Assembly: GCA_051294375.1 (NCBI GenBank)
Contig: CM119268.1
Location: 16,307,986 to 16,371,985 of the forward strand
Origin: Paraspadella gotoi
Taxonomy: Eukaryota; Animalia; Chaetognatha
Direction of reading: 5' to 3'
Length of the DNA stretch: 64,000 nt
The notes beneath the pieces are model-generated. The model worked only from the letters and a program-made list of their open reading frames with translations. It was not told the DNA's origin and ran no database searches. The translations under genes and the position numbers were made by a program. Below are positions 1-16,723 of the stretch, piece by piece. Each line of letters begins with the position of its first letter. The stretch's first letter is position 1.

Positions 1-523
1 TGTATTTCCCCTTCTATAAATGCGACCTTCCATCCCGGATCATAATCCCGAGGGTCAGCAAACTACGGATTCTAGAGGTCGCCCTCTTGATTTCACAACA
101 CCACCGAACGGCCTAACACCCTCGCTCGTAATCTTTCATCACCCCTGACGCTAAACTCCTTCACCCCTTCAAAGCNNNNNNNNNNNNNNNNNNNNNNNNN
201 NNNNNNNNNNNNNNNNNNNNNNNNNNNNNNNNNNNNNNNNNNNNNNNNNNNNNNNNNNNNNNNNNNNNNNNNNNNNNNNNNNNNNNNNNNNNNNNNNNNN
301 NNNNNNNNNNNNNNNNNNNNNNNNNNNNNNNNNNNNNNNNNNNNNNNNNNNNNNNNNNNNNNNNNNNNNNNNNNNNNNNNNNNNNNNNNNNNNNNNNNNN
401 NNNNNNNNNNNNNNNNNNNNNNNNNNNNNNNNNNNCGACTCTTGTAAGAATTCCTGTCTCTTCCCCGCCTGTCTCTCTCTTGCTCGCTCAATCGCCGTCT
501 CTTTTTTTAAAAAGTCGTCTTCG

Positions 524-555
<32 letters not shown>

Positions 556-866
556 NNNNNNNNNNNNNNNNNNNNNNNNNNNNNNNNNNNNNNNNNNNNN
601 CTATTGGCTATTCCCTTAATAACGCAGTATATTTCTATGGTCGGCTCTCCAAAAAGCAAAGAATTCCCGGACCTCCCTACTCTCGAAAGTCTACACCCAC
701 CGGTCTCCTCACCCAAGCCACTTCTTACCCTGGGACCCACTCTTTCCTTCCCTCTGGCGCCGCTTTTATCGTATTCGCGATTTTCAGGGAAATTCAGACC
801 AAAAATCGGAAAAGACGAAAGACGAAGTTGTCAAAGGAAAGAAAGGCCAACGGCGAGAATTGGCTC

Positions 867-989
<123 letters not shown>

Positions 990-1630
990 CCTTTTCTAAA
1001 ATACAACCTTTATGCGTACTCGCTTGCCAGAAACGTGTTGCTTTTAGGTTAGTAGAAATGAAGTTACAACTCCAATTCTTTTAAAAACTTCTGCAAAACT
1101 ATTAAGCTTTTAAAATTTATTATTTACATCCTATTTTGAATTTTATCGGGTATGAAAATTAAATATTTTACTTTTTTTTACGCCTACCTTCGTTCTTTAT
1201 AACGCCGCGCCTTCGTTATTTCTTAATTAATTTTTCCATTAATCTTTTTCTGTCTAGTTTTCAGTCCCCCCTTTCGTCTCTCTCTCTCTCTCTCTCTCTN
1301 NNNNNNNNNNNNNNNNNNNNNNNNNNNNNNNNNNNNNNNNNNNNNNNNNNNNNNNNNNNNNNNNNNNNNNNNNNNNNNNNNNNNNNNNNNNNNNNNNNNN
1401 NNNNNNNNNNNNNNNNNNNNNNNNNNNNNNNNNNNNNNNNNNNNNNNNNNNNNNNNNNNNNNNNNNNNNNNNNNNNNNNNNNNNNNNNNNNNNNNNNNNN
1501 NNNNNNNNNNNNNNNAAATCAATTTATCATGATTAGCGCCTCTGGCGACGGACGCCCTTAACTCGAGACTCAAGGATGTAAACAAATGACGAAGAGGGGC
1601 GATAGGGGAAAAGAGAGAGAGAGATAGAGA

Positions 1631-1663
1631 GAAAGAAAGAAAGAAAGAAAGAAAGAAAAAATA

Positions 1664-1759
<96 letters not shown>

Positions 1760-1760
1760 A
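1631..1760. repeat. (GAAA)n microsatellite (others at ~22695-22785, 35210-35270, 37275-37450, 59820-59913)
   Basis: Directly visible. Confidence 0.95.
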
Positions 1761-3704
1761 AAAGAAGAGAAGAGAAGGGAGAAACACACTCGTCGTCTGG
1801 AATAAAATTAATAGGGAATTAAGCGGAGGAGGAAGAGCAAGATAAACCTCCTCGAAAAATTTAACTTTTACAACAGTGGTGGCAAAAAAACATCTATTTT
1901 TAGAATAGAATCACAATAAAGTTTTTTTTTCAGCAACTTTAATCTTTATTATTTCTGAAACAAACCAAAGCTATTTAAGTACATACTTAAGTCAGGAAAA
2001 AACCAGAACCGGTTTAAAAATGTCGTTTACTTAGTTATTAGTGAGCTGGCTCTTTTAAAAATAAAATATTATATTGGATTACCCCCTAAGATGTTTTCCC
2101 AATAGTGAAAGGAATAAAATCGAAATTTAAATTAAAAACTTCGTTGTTTTACCAAAAATCTTTCTGACAAAAATCGTGACGCTGATGAATTAAACAAAGA
2201 AAAAAAAAGGCAGGAGTGGTCAATGACTTGTCATTGCTATTTTTAAGCAGCTTTCACCGAATTTCTGGGTAAGTAAATTAAAGAAGAAAGGGAGGGAAAC
2301 GATGCAGATTTTAGGAAAGNNNNNNNNNNNNNNNNNNNNNNNNNNNNNNNNNNNNNNNNNNNNNNNNNNNNNNNNNNNNNNNNNNNNNNNNNNNNNNNNN
2401 NNNNNNNNNNNNNNNNNNNNNNNNNNNNNNNNNNNNNNNNNNNNNNNNNNNNNNNNNNNNNNNNNNNNAAAAATAAAAAAAAGTAGTAAAAAAGACTTTA
2501 TTTAACATCTCAAAGAATTAGTTTGTGTTTGTTTGTTTACTTTACAAAAAAATTTTTAGAAAAACTAATATTATAATATAAAGTTATTTAAAATTAAAAA
2601 TAATGCTTTAATACTTAAAAAAGATAAGTAACATAAAAAAAAGCTAAAAAAGCGAAAAAAGAATAAAAAGAAGGAAAAACAAGAATCGTTGATTTTTTTC
2701 CCTCCGCTTTTTTCTTCTCCGGCGGAGGCGGTGAAATGTGGTTCAGTGGTTCAGTGAGTCGTTGCTGTGAGATGCGGTGAATAATAAGTGTAATAAGTGA
2801 TATTTTTGCCCTAAAGTGATATTTTGGAGTACAACCCGAATGGGATTAGTCAAAATGCATAAACAAATCCAAATCTTTATTCAACATTAGGTTAATTTTA
2901 ACACTGTATACTAACACTGTATAGTACACTATATATATATTTTAACACTGTATAGTGTACACTCTGAAGCAACTATAGTACCATCATAGGCTCGACAACA
3001 ACAAAAACAAATATAAAGACGACGACGACGACGACGACGACGGAAGGAGCGAAGAAGAGACGCTCGTCCGCTGATGAGCCTTTCAACTTTCGCTTCTCCT
3101 TTCTCGATACTTTATCGAAAAAGTTTCGCGCTTCGTCAACCGACCAGAGGAGAAGTGATGATGAGAGATGGAGAAAGGAGGATAGCAAAAAAAGTAATGA
3201 GAAAAAAGGATAGAAAGAGAAAGAAATATTGAAGAATGAAAGGAGAGAAAGGAAAGAGAAAAGAGAGAAAAAAAGAAGAAAAAAAAACAAGAAAGGGCAA
3301 TTCCAAGGCGTCGCGCCGCACTGATGCTATTATCATATGATCGTATTACATGAACATGACAAAGACATTAACAACAAATATCAACTGGCCCGTATCCTAT
3401 TTTTCAAGATGTATGAATCAATCTTACATAGTTATTTGCATTGTCTCTCTGAGGACTCGCGCCGCAAGCTCGAAAATTAAAAGAGAACAATAAAAAATAG
3501 GAGAAAAAAATAACCCCAAAACCTCCAAGAAATATAAAAGTGAATAAAGAAATAATCAAAACTAAAACAACAAAAATAGAAGAAAAGAAAGAAAAAGTTA
3601 AACAAAGAAAAAACAAAAAAAAAGATCGACCCCAAAGTATCGACGCGAAATCAAGCCGCCCAACGCATGTGAACGAAAAAAGTGAGATCGTGAGTCTGAG
3701 TCTG

Positions 3705-3751
<47 letters not shown>

Positions 3752-4519
3752 CAACCGAGTAGGCTTTATTCAGGTGGTCATTCACTCGCCCATTCACTGC
3801 GCAGTCGATCCTTGATGACCACCGACCACGAGGTCACGGGGTCAGGGGAAGGGGGGAAAGAAATTAAGGTAGGGGTCGCGCGAGCGGGGAAAGGGTCAGG
3901 GACGTTAGAGGGTTTTGGAATCAAGGGTGAGGAATTGAGAAAGAGAGAGGATGAGGAGGGGAAGATAACGGGAAAGGTTTTACTGGTGGCCAAAGTGAAA
4001 AAGCTAGCTGTAATTAACTCTACCTCTTTCCGAATAATGAAAAAGATAAATGAAACTCTTGCTGAAATCTCCCAAGCATCACTGTTTGGCCAAGGCTCTG
4101 ACGGTTAGACCCGTAATCCCTTTCACAAACGGAGCTCGCCGTCTCCGTGCCGTTCCACCCGTACGATAATTTTACCGTCCCAGTGCCATCTGCCACCCTG
4201 CCACCTCTTTTGCCACCCCTTATTTCCACTAGTTTCGCCTCGAGTTCCTTTCTCTGACTCACGGTGCCTGGATAGACTCTCCCTCTATTGTCCCTTCATC
4301 GTTTTTCAAAAGTTCCCGCCCTCCGTCTCGCGCCCCCCTCTGCCCCCCCTCGCCGACGCNNNNNNNNNNNNNNNNNNNNNNNNNNNNNNNNNNNNNNNNN
4401 NNNNNNNNNNNNNNNNNNNNNNNNNNNNNNNNNNNNNNNNNNNNNNNNNNNNNNNNNNNNNNNNNNNNNNNNNNNNNNNNNNNNNNNNNNNNNNNNNNNN
4501 NNNNNNNNNNNNNNNNNNN

Positions 4520-4555
<36 letters not shown>

Positions 4556-6732
4556 AATGCTCCTCTCGTTACGGTTACCTTATACATCTTTTAACAATTG
4601 ACTACTGCTGTTCTNNNNNNNNNNNNNNNNNNNNNNNNNNNNNNNNNNNNNNNNNNNNNNNNNNNNNNNNNNNNNNNNNNNNNNNNNNNNNNNNNNNNNN
4701 NNNNNNNNNNNNNNNNNNNNNNNNNNNNNNNNNNNNNNNNNNNNNNNNNNNNNNNNNNNNNNNNNNNNNNNNNNNNNNNNNNNNNNNNNNNNNNNNNNNN
4801 NNNNNNNNNNNNNNNNNNNNNNNNNNNNNNNNNNNNNNNNNNNNNNNNNNNNNNNNNNNNNNNNNNNNNNNNNNNNNNNNNNNNNNNNNNNNNNNNNNNN
4901 AAAAGTAAAAAGAAAAAGAGAGAAAAAAAAGTTAAAACTAAAAACAAAAAGACGGAAAATTATGCAGCCGCAAAAACCAAAGAGGAACAAAAAANNNNNN
5001 NNNNNNNNNNNNNNNNNNNNNNNNNNNNNNNNNNNNNNNNNNNNNNNNNNNNNNNNNNNNNNNNNNNNNNNNNNNNNNNNNNNNNNNNNNNNNNNNNNNN
5101 NNNNNNNNNNNNNNNNNNNNNNNNNNNNNNNNNNNNNNNNNNNNNNNNNNNNNNNNNNNNNNNNNNNNNNNNNNNNNNNNNNNNNNNNNNNNNNNNNNNN
5201 NNNNNNNNNNNNNNNNNNNNNNNNNNNNNNNNNNNNNNNNNNNNNNNNNNNNNNNNNNNNNNNNNNNNNNNNNNNNNNNNNNNNNNNNNNNNNNNNNNNN
5301 NNNNNNNNNNNNNNNNNNNNNNNNNNNNNNNNNNNNNNNNNNNNNNNNNNNNNNNNNNNNNNNNNNNNNNNNNNNNNNNNNNNNNNNNNNNNNNNNNNNN
5401 NNNNNTCCCTAACCTCTCTCTCCTGCCTCTTTTTCCTCTTGCCTTACAGGGTCTTCAACCTTTAATTAACTTTTTAATTATCAAATATTTAATAATAAAT
5501 TGAAATTATTTTTTACTTTTTAATACAAAGAAATTAACTACTACCCGCTGATTAAATGAGATTTTAGTTATTTTAAAATTCAAATTTTTCATATGTCAGT
5601 CGATATTGAAATTCTTGTATTGAATTGTTGGCTGTTTTTTCCGTTTCTCCCGCATATTTTTTCCCTGAAAGCATTTTCATCTCGGTTTTTATAGAAAGCT
5701 TGAAAAATTCTTTTTACCTATTTACCGCTTTTTTTTTATGATTTGATTTTCTTGAAAGGAAAAGATAAAGGATGTTCATCTTGAGTCAAAAAGACAAAGA
5801 AACAGAGTAAAAAGAAAAAAAAATAAAGAAAAGAAATGAAGCAAAAGGGAGGAAACCAAGCAAACACAATATTACATTTCGGAAATATAATCACAAAACG
5901 GTTTCACCGATGCTTAATCGCTTGAGCGTTTGCCCAATACTTCAAGAAATCGCTATCGGCGCAAAAATTCAAACTTCTGCGCGAATCGTCTTTTCGCAAA
6001 ACCGATTTCTGCATATTCCTCTCACGCCTTTCTCCGCTTCAATCGTCGCCGCCGCCGCCGCCGCCGCCGCGCCATTCCCGCATCTGCTTCCGCCTCCATC
6101 GTTGCGCTGAGGGGCGCTTACGCCATCTCCCCCACCGTCTTTTGTTCTTCGGCGTCAAAAGACAAAAGACGCTGAAATGGGGGAACAATGGAGCGACATC
6201 TACGACGATGACGAAAACAAAATAACGGCAACCACGAGATATGAGACAACGACGAAAAAGAAAACGACGAAGTCGATGAAGAAAAGGACAAAGATGACGA
6301 CGACGACGACGACAAAAAAGTTCAAGGACCCAGGATTAAAAAATGAAAATTGAAAAATGTTTTTTTTTTTTACTTTATTAGACTATTTTTACAAAAATTA
6401 ATAAAAAATAAAGGGAGCTTCTATACAATACCAGGTTAAAAATTACTTTCTGCTCTAGGTTTCTAATTAGATCGTTCTTGTTAGTGTAATATAAATCCAA
6501 AAATATTTACTAGATCTGAGAGCCGTTTTACTGACTACAAAGCTTCCTGTCATTGATTCAACTTTTTTGTCGGAAGGACTCCCGCTTGGCGACAACAACG
6601 ACGGAGAAGAAAAATGGCGCATGTGAACAAAAACGAATGACAACAACAACAACAACAATTTGGAGGCCGTTAATGAAAATAACGTCGCCATTAACACCAA
6701 TTTGAAAGGTAGAGATAAAAGGAAAAAGAGGG

Positions 6733-6779
<47 letters not shown>

Positions 6780-7104
6780 AAAATCTTTTGAGTAAATTAT
6801 AATTACGGTTTTTGATCTCCTCTTCCTCCTCGTCAACAACGACGACAGCGACGACGACGATAAAAACGACGAGGCCGACGACGACGACATCCACTGATGA
6901 GCGGGGTTGTCCGTCTCTCGCTCACCTTCTGAGAACATCAACATTGCTGGCAACAATCAGGATGAATCGCGAGTCTCAGGGATCAAAGCATAATCTAGGA
7001 CTGGAGGTAGGCAAAAGCGAGTATCGAGAAACAATCAGAATGGGCAATCTCTCAGGTAAACTCTGCTTGATCAATAACCAAATATCTAACCACGCAAATA
7101 GCAT

Positions 7105-7330
7105 ACGATGACGACTTCGACGACGATGATGACGAATAAACAACAACGTGGACGACAAAAACGACAACGCTATCGATGTCAACGACGATGACAACGACTG
7201 AGATAATAATGACAAAGACTACAACGACTACTACTACGACGACGACGCTGACGACGAGAAATACGACGACGACTACAACGACGTCGACGACAAAAACGAC
7301 GACGACTACAACGACGATGACGACGACGAC
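7105..7330. repeat. Degenerate (GAC/AAC)n trinucleotide tract
   Basis: Directly visible. Produces a spurious poly-Thr ORF. Confidence 0.85.
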
Positions 7331-8039
7331 GGCCGTGGAAGCCAGAGAACCGGAACTCAGTAATTAGAGAGTTTCGACGCCGCGAGATTCTTAAGCACCG
7401 AAATTTTCCCGCCAACAACACAAAAGCGCCACTCCTCCCTGCCAGTCACGTTTGCCACTCGATTCACGATGTCTCGGTTGCCATTTCACGTTGCCAGTTG
7501 CCACTACACCACACCTGGAATACGGTCACCGCTTCTTCCTTTTAATCTTCCTACGGCCAGGCTCACTGTCACGCCTGTTTATCAAGCTATCACGCCTGTC
7601 ACTCTGTCCCACACACGGGTTGTATCTCTGACACACTGCTTGTAACAAGTAAAGTAGTGAACTTGTGATGTTCAAACCTGATCCTCGAGTAAAAAAAGTC
7701 AAGTGAATTTTCTTCTCTTCTCTCTTGTTCCTCATCAATTTTGTGAAACTCATTTTTCTCGCAAAGACAATGTTTCACTTTTCGCTCGTTACTTCTCTCT
7801 CTCTCTGTCTCAACGTCTCTCTCTCCTCTCGTCTCTCTCCTCTTCTTCCTTCCTGCTCTCCCTGCGATTCTCTCTCTTCTCTCTCTCTCTACTCTCTCTC
7901 TCTCTCTCTCTTCTCTCTCCTCTCGGTCTCCTTCTCTCTCTCTCTTCTCTCTTTCATTCCTCTGTTCGTCTCTCTCTCTCTCCTTCTCTCTCTTTCTCTC
8001 TCTGCTCTCTCATAACTGATCGCAGTTCTCTCTCAGTCT

Positions 8040-11080
<3,041 letters not shown>

Positions 11081-11133
11081 CGAGAGCAGAGAGCAGAGCA
11101 GACGGGCAGACGAGAAGAGAGAGAGAGAGGGAG

Positions 11134-11179
<46 letters not shown>

Positions 11180-11401
11180 ATGATTCCTTGTCTGTTATGT
11201 ATTGCGCGAGCATCGTGCGTTGTATTATTACTTTTCTCATCTCCCTTTGACCTGCCCATCGCTTTTTTTTTATTTTTCGTTCCTAGGAATATATTATTTT
11301 TTTTAACATTTATTTTTATCTTCAGTTTAACTTTCGTCGTCGATAAATATTCTTTACTCGTCGAATCAAATAGATGGCGCGAAAAAAGCGTTTCCAAAGA
11401 T

Positions 11402-11501
<100 letters not shown>

Positions 11502-12149
11502 GGAATGTTTTTTAACGCGCTTGAGCCTCGCGGCACCTTTAGAAATAGTTAGGTGCTAGAAAATAATCTTCAAGAGAAGGAGCGAAATTTTTTTTAAACT
11601 TAATTGGGGGAAGAGAAGAGGAAAGAGAAAAAAAAAGGAGCGAATGGTTTGATGTTGCTTTGATATTTTAACAAGTTTGAATACAGATGAAATAAAAAAG
11701 AGGTTTATTTAAAAAAAAACCAAAAATTCTATATATTAATTTGTTAAGTTAGACATATTTGTACAAAATAAAGCTGAATTTAAATTTATAATTCATTCAA
11801 CGCTCAATGTGATACAAAATCAAAAGTATAAAACCCAAAAAATACCAACTATTGTTCGATATTAAAGTTTTTATAAACATATAAAAGCAAGTTGGATATT
11901 AACAACAAGATGAAAAAGTGTAAACAGGTCCAAGCGGCTCGCATAGGATGTCACAAAATGGAGGAAGAAAGAAGCGAAAGGCGACCGAGGGGCGCTGGAG
12001 GAAAGTTTTTTAACCGCCACCTTAAAGCGGAAGCGAATGGGAAAGGAAAGAAAGGAAGGGATAAAAAGGAGGCTGGGAGGAAAGAGATGGAAGTGAAAGA
12101 AGGAAAGGGAGGGAGGAGAGGGAAAGGAGGAAATAGAGGGTAGTGAGTA

Positions 12150-13125
12150 AGAGATTGAAGAGAAAAGGAGGAAAGGAAAAATGGGAGGAAGGTGATTGGA
12201 GGGAAAAGGAGGAAAGGAAAGATGGGAGGAAGGAGATTGGAGGGAAAAGGAGGAAAGGAAGAGGGGAGGAAGGATGATTGGAGGGGAAGGAGGAAAGGCG
12301 AAGATCGAGATGAAGGAGATTGAAGGTGAGGAGCGAACGGGTAATATGCGGAGGAAGGACGTGTGGATGGGAAAAGGTACGAAAGGAATAGTTGGGAGGA
12401 AGGAGATTGGAGCGAGAAGTGTGTGGGGAAAGGTAAAGATGGTGGAAGGAGATGAGGGGATAGATGGAAAGTAGAAGATGAGAGGAGGAGATTGGAGGGA
12501 AAGGAGGAAAGAAGATGCGGAGGAAGGATGATTGTGAGGGAAACGAGGAGGAAAGGAAAGCATGGCGGAGTGAAGGCATTATTGAAGCGGGGGAAAGGAG
12601 GAAAGGGAAAGATTGGAGGAAGGAGATTGCGAGAGGAAGGAGGAAAGGCGAAGATGAGAGGAAGGAGATTGAAGGGGAAAGGAGGAAAGGAGAACATGGA
12701 TGAGGAGATGGGATGCGCGCATAAGGCTGGGGAAAGGAAGGCGGAAAGTAAAGCTGGGAGGATAGAATTTTGAGGGGGCAGGGGAAAGGAAAGAGGGAGG
12801 AAGCTGAGCATTGGAGTGGAGGAGGAAAGGGCTAAGATGATAGGAAGGAGATTTGAGGGGAAAGAAGGTAATGGAATATGGGAGGAAGGAAATTGGACGG
12901 AAAAGGAGGAAAGGAAAGAGGGGAGGAAGGAGATTAGAGGGAAAAGGAGGTAAGGAAGGAAAGGAAAGATGAGAGGAAGGAGATTGAAGGGGAAAGGAGG
13001 AAAGAGAAGATGGGAGGAAGAAGATTGTAGGGAAAAAGAAGGAAAGGAAAGAGGGGAGGAAGGAGATTGAAGGGGAAAGGAGGAAAGAGAAGATGGGAGG
13101 AAGGAGATTGGAGGGAAAAGGAAAG
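12150..13125. repeat. Degenerate ~40-bp purine-rich minisatellite (gggaggaaggagattggagggaaaaggaggaaaggaaagat)n
   Basis: Recurrent ggaaggagattg..gggaaaggaggaaagg units. These explain the Pro/Phe/Ser-rich spurious ORFs at 11871-12811. Confidence 0.85.
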
Positions 13126-15845
13126 AAAGGAGTTAGGTTTCGTCGGTTTCCCTCGAGAAAAACGAAGGCGAGAAATTCAATGTGATTGAGAAAAACGTGA
13201 GTGGAATCATCATCAAGTTTTTAAAACGAAAAAAGAAAAAAAAAATTTCTTTCCTTTTTTCTTTTTTTTAATTTTACGTTTTCCTCTTTCTTTTCTCGCT
13301 GCTTCTTTATGAAAGGAAGAAATGTGATATCTGAGACCTGCGAAGAGGGAAAGGAAAGAGTGAGAAGGGGAACAACCCGAGCAAAATATAAGAAGCAGCC
13401 ATTTTTTTCATCTTTTGTCTTTTCCAGGATTTTCTTTTTTATACTATCTCTTCTTTTTTTTTCTTTAAAAATTGGATTATTGAAACGTCCTCCTGAGTTA
13501 AACAGTAAAAATGTATTTTGAGAAAAAAATTAAACTTAGGTTTTCATTTTTGGTTAGAGAGAGAGAGAGAAAGATGTGAATGAAAAAAGGACAGGAGATA
13601 TTGAGAAAGGAGAAGAGGCAAGAGCGATAATAGCTTGGGCCGATCTGGTAGAAAATGGCGGAAGACTTATCTATTTCGTGAAAAAGAGTCCGTTTAATTG
13701 TCAAGTTTGTCTCACTATAGTATAAATAAACTTGTCTCATTGATAGATTATCACTCCTGAAACGCTGTTAACTCGTGTAACACTTTCACTTCCTTTTTCT
13801 TTAATTCTTTTAAATCCTGCTCCGCCATTGTCACCCCTTCACCTCTCATCGAAGGCGAACGCAGCCCCGGATTTCTCCAGCGTCAATGAGAAGACAAGAA
13901 ACTGGCCATTAATCTCAAAGTTTTAATTAGATCCCGAGAGGGGCGCTGCTTTCATATGCTAAACAGTTTCAGATGGGCGAAGCAGATAGGAGGAGAGAGA
14001 AAAGAAAAAGGGAGACACACNNNNNNNNNNAGAGAAATAGCGCAATGATCAAGCATTGACGAATTTCAGTTGGCTTTAAACCGAATCCCGTGGCCCGGCC
14101 GGGCTTTTAAGCCGTCTCGGCCAATTTGAACCCATCGCCCCTGACGGTGATGTATATAATTCGTCATGAGGCGGAGTTAGGCGGAATCTATCCGGCGCCG
14201 GGACCGTCGACTTTCCGGGTCGCCGGAAAAAAAGGCAAACAAAGGACTTTTAGTTTTTCTTTCACAGAGTTCTGTCATTAATTTCATTGGAAAGTGGTTT
14301 GCCTCTTTTTAATAAACAAAAGTTAACGTAAACTTTTTGCATCTTTTTGCACCGAATCTAATTCATCTTTTTAATTTTAGTGTCACTCATTTTATTGAAT
14401 TCACAAAATACTGCGTTTAGACAGATTTCATTATTTTCAACAAATGTCCTCGAACACAACTTCAGAGCAAGTAGTTTTAGATGAAATTTTACTGTCTTTT
14501 TCTCCACTGAATTCTCCTTTTTATATATCTTGTTAGTTTTCTATATAAATCTGCTTTAATGATCGAGGGATATTTTTTTCAAAAGTTTTTTTCTTTGTCG
14601 ACTTTATATAACCGATAGACGTCGAGCTCAGATGCGACTGTAAGATTCGATTTTGGTTGAGAGANNNNNNNNNNNNNNNNNNNNNNNNNNNNNNNNNNNN
14701 NNNNNNNNNNNNNNNNNNNNNNNNNNNNNNNNNNNNNNNNNNNNNNNNNNNNNNNNNNNNNNNNNNNNNNNNNNNNNNNNNNNNNNNNNNNNNNNNNNNN
14801 NNNNNNNNNNNNNNNNNNNNNNNNNNNNNNNNNNNNNNNNNNNNNNNNNNNNNNNNNNNNNNNNNNNNNNNNNNNNNNNNNNNNNNNNNNNNNNNNNNNN
14901 NNNNNNNNNNNNNNNNNNNNNNNNNNNNNNNNNNNNNNNNNNNNNNNNNNNNNNNNNNNNNNNNNNNNNNNNNNNNNNNNNNNNNNNNNNNNNNNNNNGA
15001 AAGAAGACTCTCCCATCCCCAAATTTTGGAAGCATGGCGCGAGTCTCAGCGAAATAAACTCTCTATCAGTCGATATCTGGGGGAGAAGAGTCGCCGAANN
15101 NNNNNNNNNNNNNNNNNNNNNNNNNNNNNNNNNNNNNNNNNNNNNNNNNNNNNNNNNNNNNNNNNNNNNNNNNNNNNNNNNNNNNNNNNNNNNNNNNNNN
15201 NNNNNNNNNNNNNNNNNNNNNNNNNNNNNNNNNNNNNNNNNNNNNNNNNNNNNNNNNNNNNNNNNNNNNNNNNNNNNNNNNTCTCTCTCTTTCTATCTTG
15301 CAAGAAAGAACGACCTCACCCCGGGCGTGAATTCGGAAATGCGAGATGAAGAGTTCATCAATACTCGTTCAAGGCTCAGAGGTGGGACTCAGGGATGGAC
15401 TCCTCCTTCAAACCCAAACACCCTCAGCCGTCTGCGTCCCCCAACGACAGAGCGCCCTGCACCCCCATTTCCAGAAAAATATTCTATCTTTATACTATCG
15501 CGGCAATTATTTGCGACTATTTTTTTTTTTATTTGCATCACAACTATGTGTAGGAACGTGCAAGCTCTTTAGCCGATATAAGGGTTTCGGGTTCGCTGAT
15601 TCCTCAATTTTAGATTTAGGACCAAATCAACTCGCTGAACCTAACGTCTACATGTAAGAACTTTCGGATATATTCTTCCCTCTCACCACCCCTAACCTCA
15701 AACTCCCCCAACCTACCATCACCCCTACCACCACCTTCGCCACCTCTCCCTTTAATCACGAAGTGGGGATGGATTTCCGATGGAGTCTCGTCCGCCAGAA
15801 TTCGACGATGACTCCGTGATGCTTATCCGATAGACCCGTGAGTGG

Positions 15846-15919
<74 letters not shown>

Positions 15920-16586
15920 GGAAAGTTGATTATAGACGCTTTTACCGATCAAATGTCGGACGAAAATTACGCGATGCTTCTTGACTTGGAAGCCAGAAAA
16001 GTGGGCGGCATTCTAGCCTCTATCTCCGTGACCAACAATATTGGCGCCGTTTTCCAACCCGGTTACGCAGTCGTCCTTTTTTTGTTTCGATTGGACCGAC
16101 GTGAAGTTGTTCACATGATGCAGGGAGTGGTTCCAGTGGTTCCTGGGTCGGGGGTTGACGGTTTCCTCTTAAACTTTACCGCGCTGGGTCGCTTTGAGAA
16201 ATAGGAGAAATTGAGCTGGAAAGTCGAGAGCGTCAGTGTCAAATTGTTCCTCGAATCTTGGCGATCGATTGATGTCGACAATCAGATCAAATCCGCGTCA
16301 ATTCGGCCTCAATTCTTTTTCTCACGTTTTAATTTTTTTTTCTTCTTCAAAGTTCAAATCCGTCGTCACGTTCGTTACCTGCGAATCGCGACGACAAATC
16401 TCGGCGTCACATCTCGGCACAAAATCTCGGCTTCCGATTCCGGCTTCAAATCCCGGCGTCGCATCGTCTCCAATTTTTGGACGCGGCGTCGCCTGCGAGG
16501 CGCGGCGTCGTTTTTCTCGCCGCACTGGCACTGGCCCCGACGTCACGGCCAGGGTGCGACGATCACCCATTTCCTTATTGACGCCC

Positions 16587-16723
16587 TCATTTCAGCGTAA
16601 CGACGAGTGCCACGCCCACAAAAAGCGCGCGACGTTGTGAACGGTTGCTGGTATCGCCGGCGTCTTTCGCGTGCCAGGAATAAATGGGCGCGCGGGTGGT
16701 GGGGACAATAATGGACATGCGTG
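16587..16723 (-). CDS. Candidate terminal exon (RMSIIVPTTRAPIYSWHAKDAGDTSNRSQRRALFVGVALVVTLK*), possibly of the Ig-like gene
   Basis: cattttctcacag acceptor. The phase-1 frame ends in a hydrophobic tail and is followed by a repeat-free GC-rich UTR-like stretch. Frame and linkage are unproven. Confidence 0.25.

Noticed and set aside
4580-5503. ORFs up to 301 aa
   Set aside because: Open only because of N-gaps. The same applies to the many X-containing, (SL)n/(ER)n and (SFFL)n ORFs throughout.
7176-7367. Mucin-like poly-Thr ORF
   Set aside because: Translation of a (GAC/AAC)n microsatellite of a type scattered through the window.
11871-12811. Long ORFs of 185-286 aa
   Set aside because: Low-complexity Pro/Phe/Ser or Gly/Lys/Glu translations of a purine-rich minisatellite.
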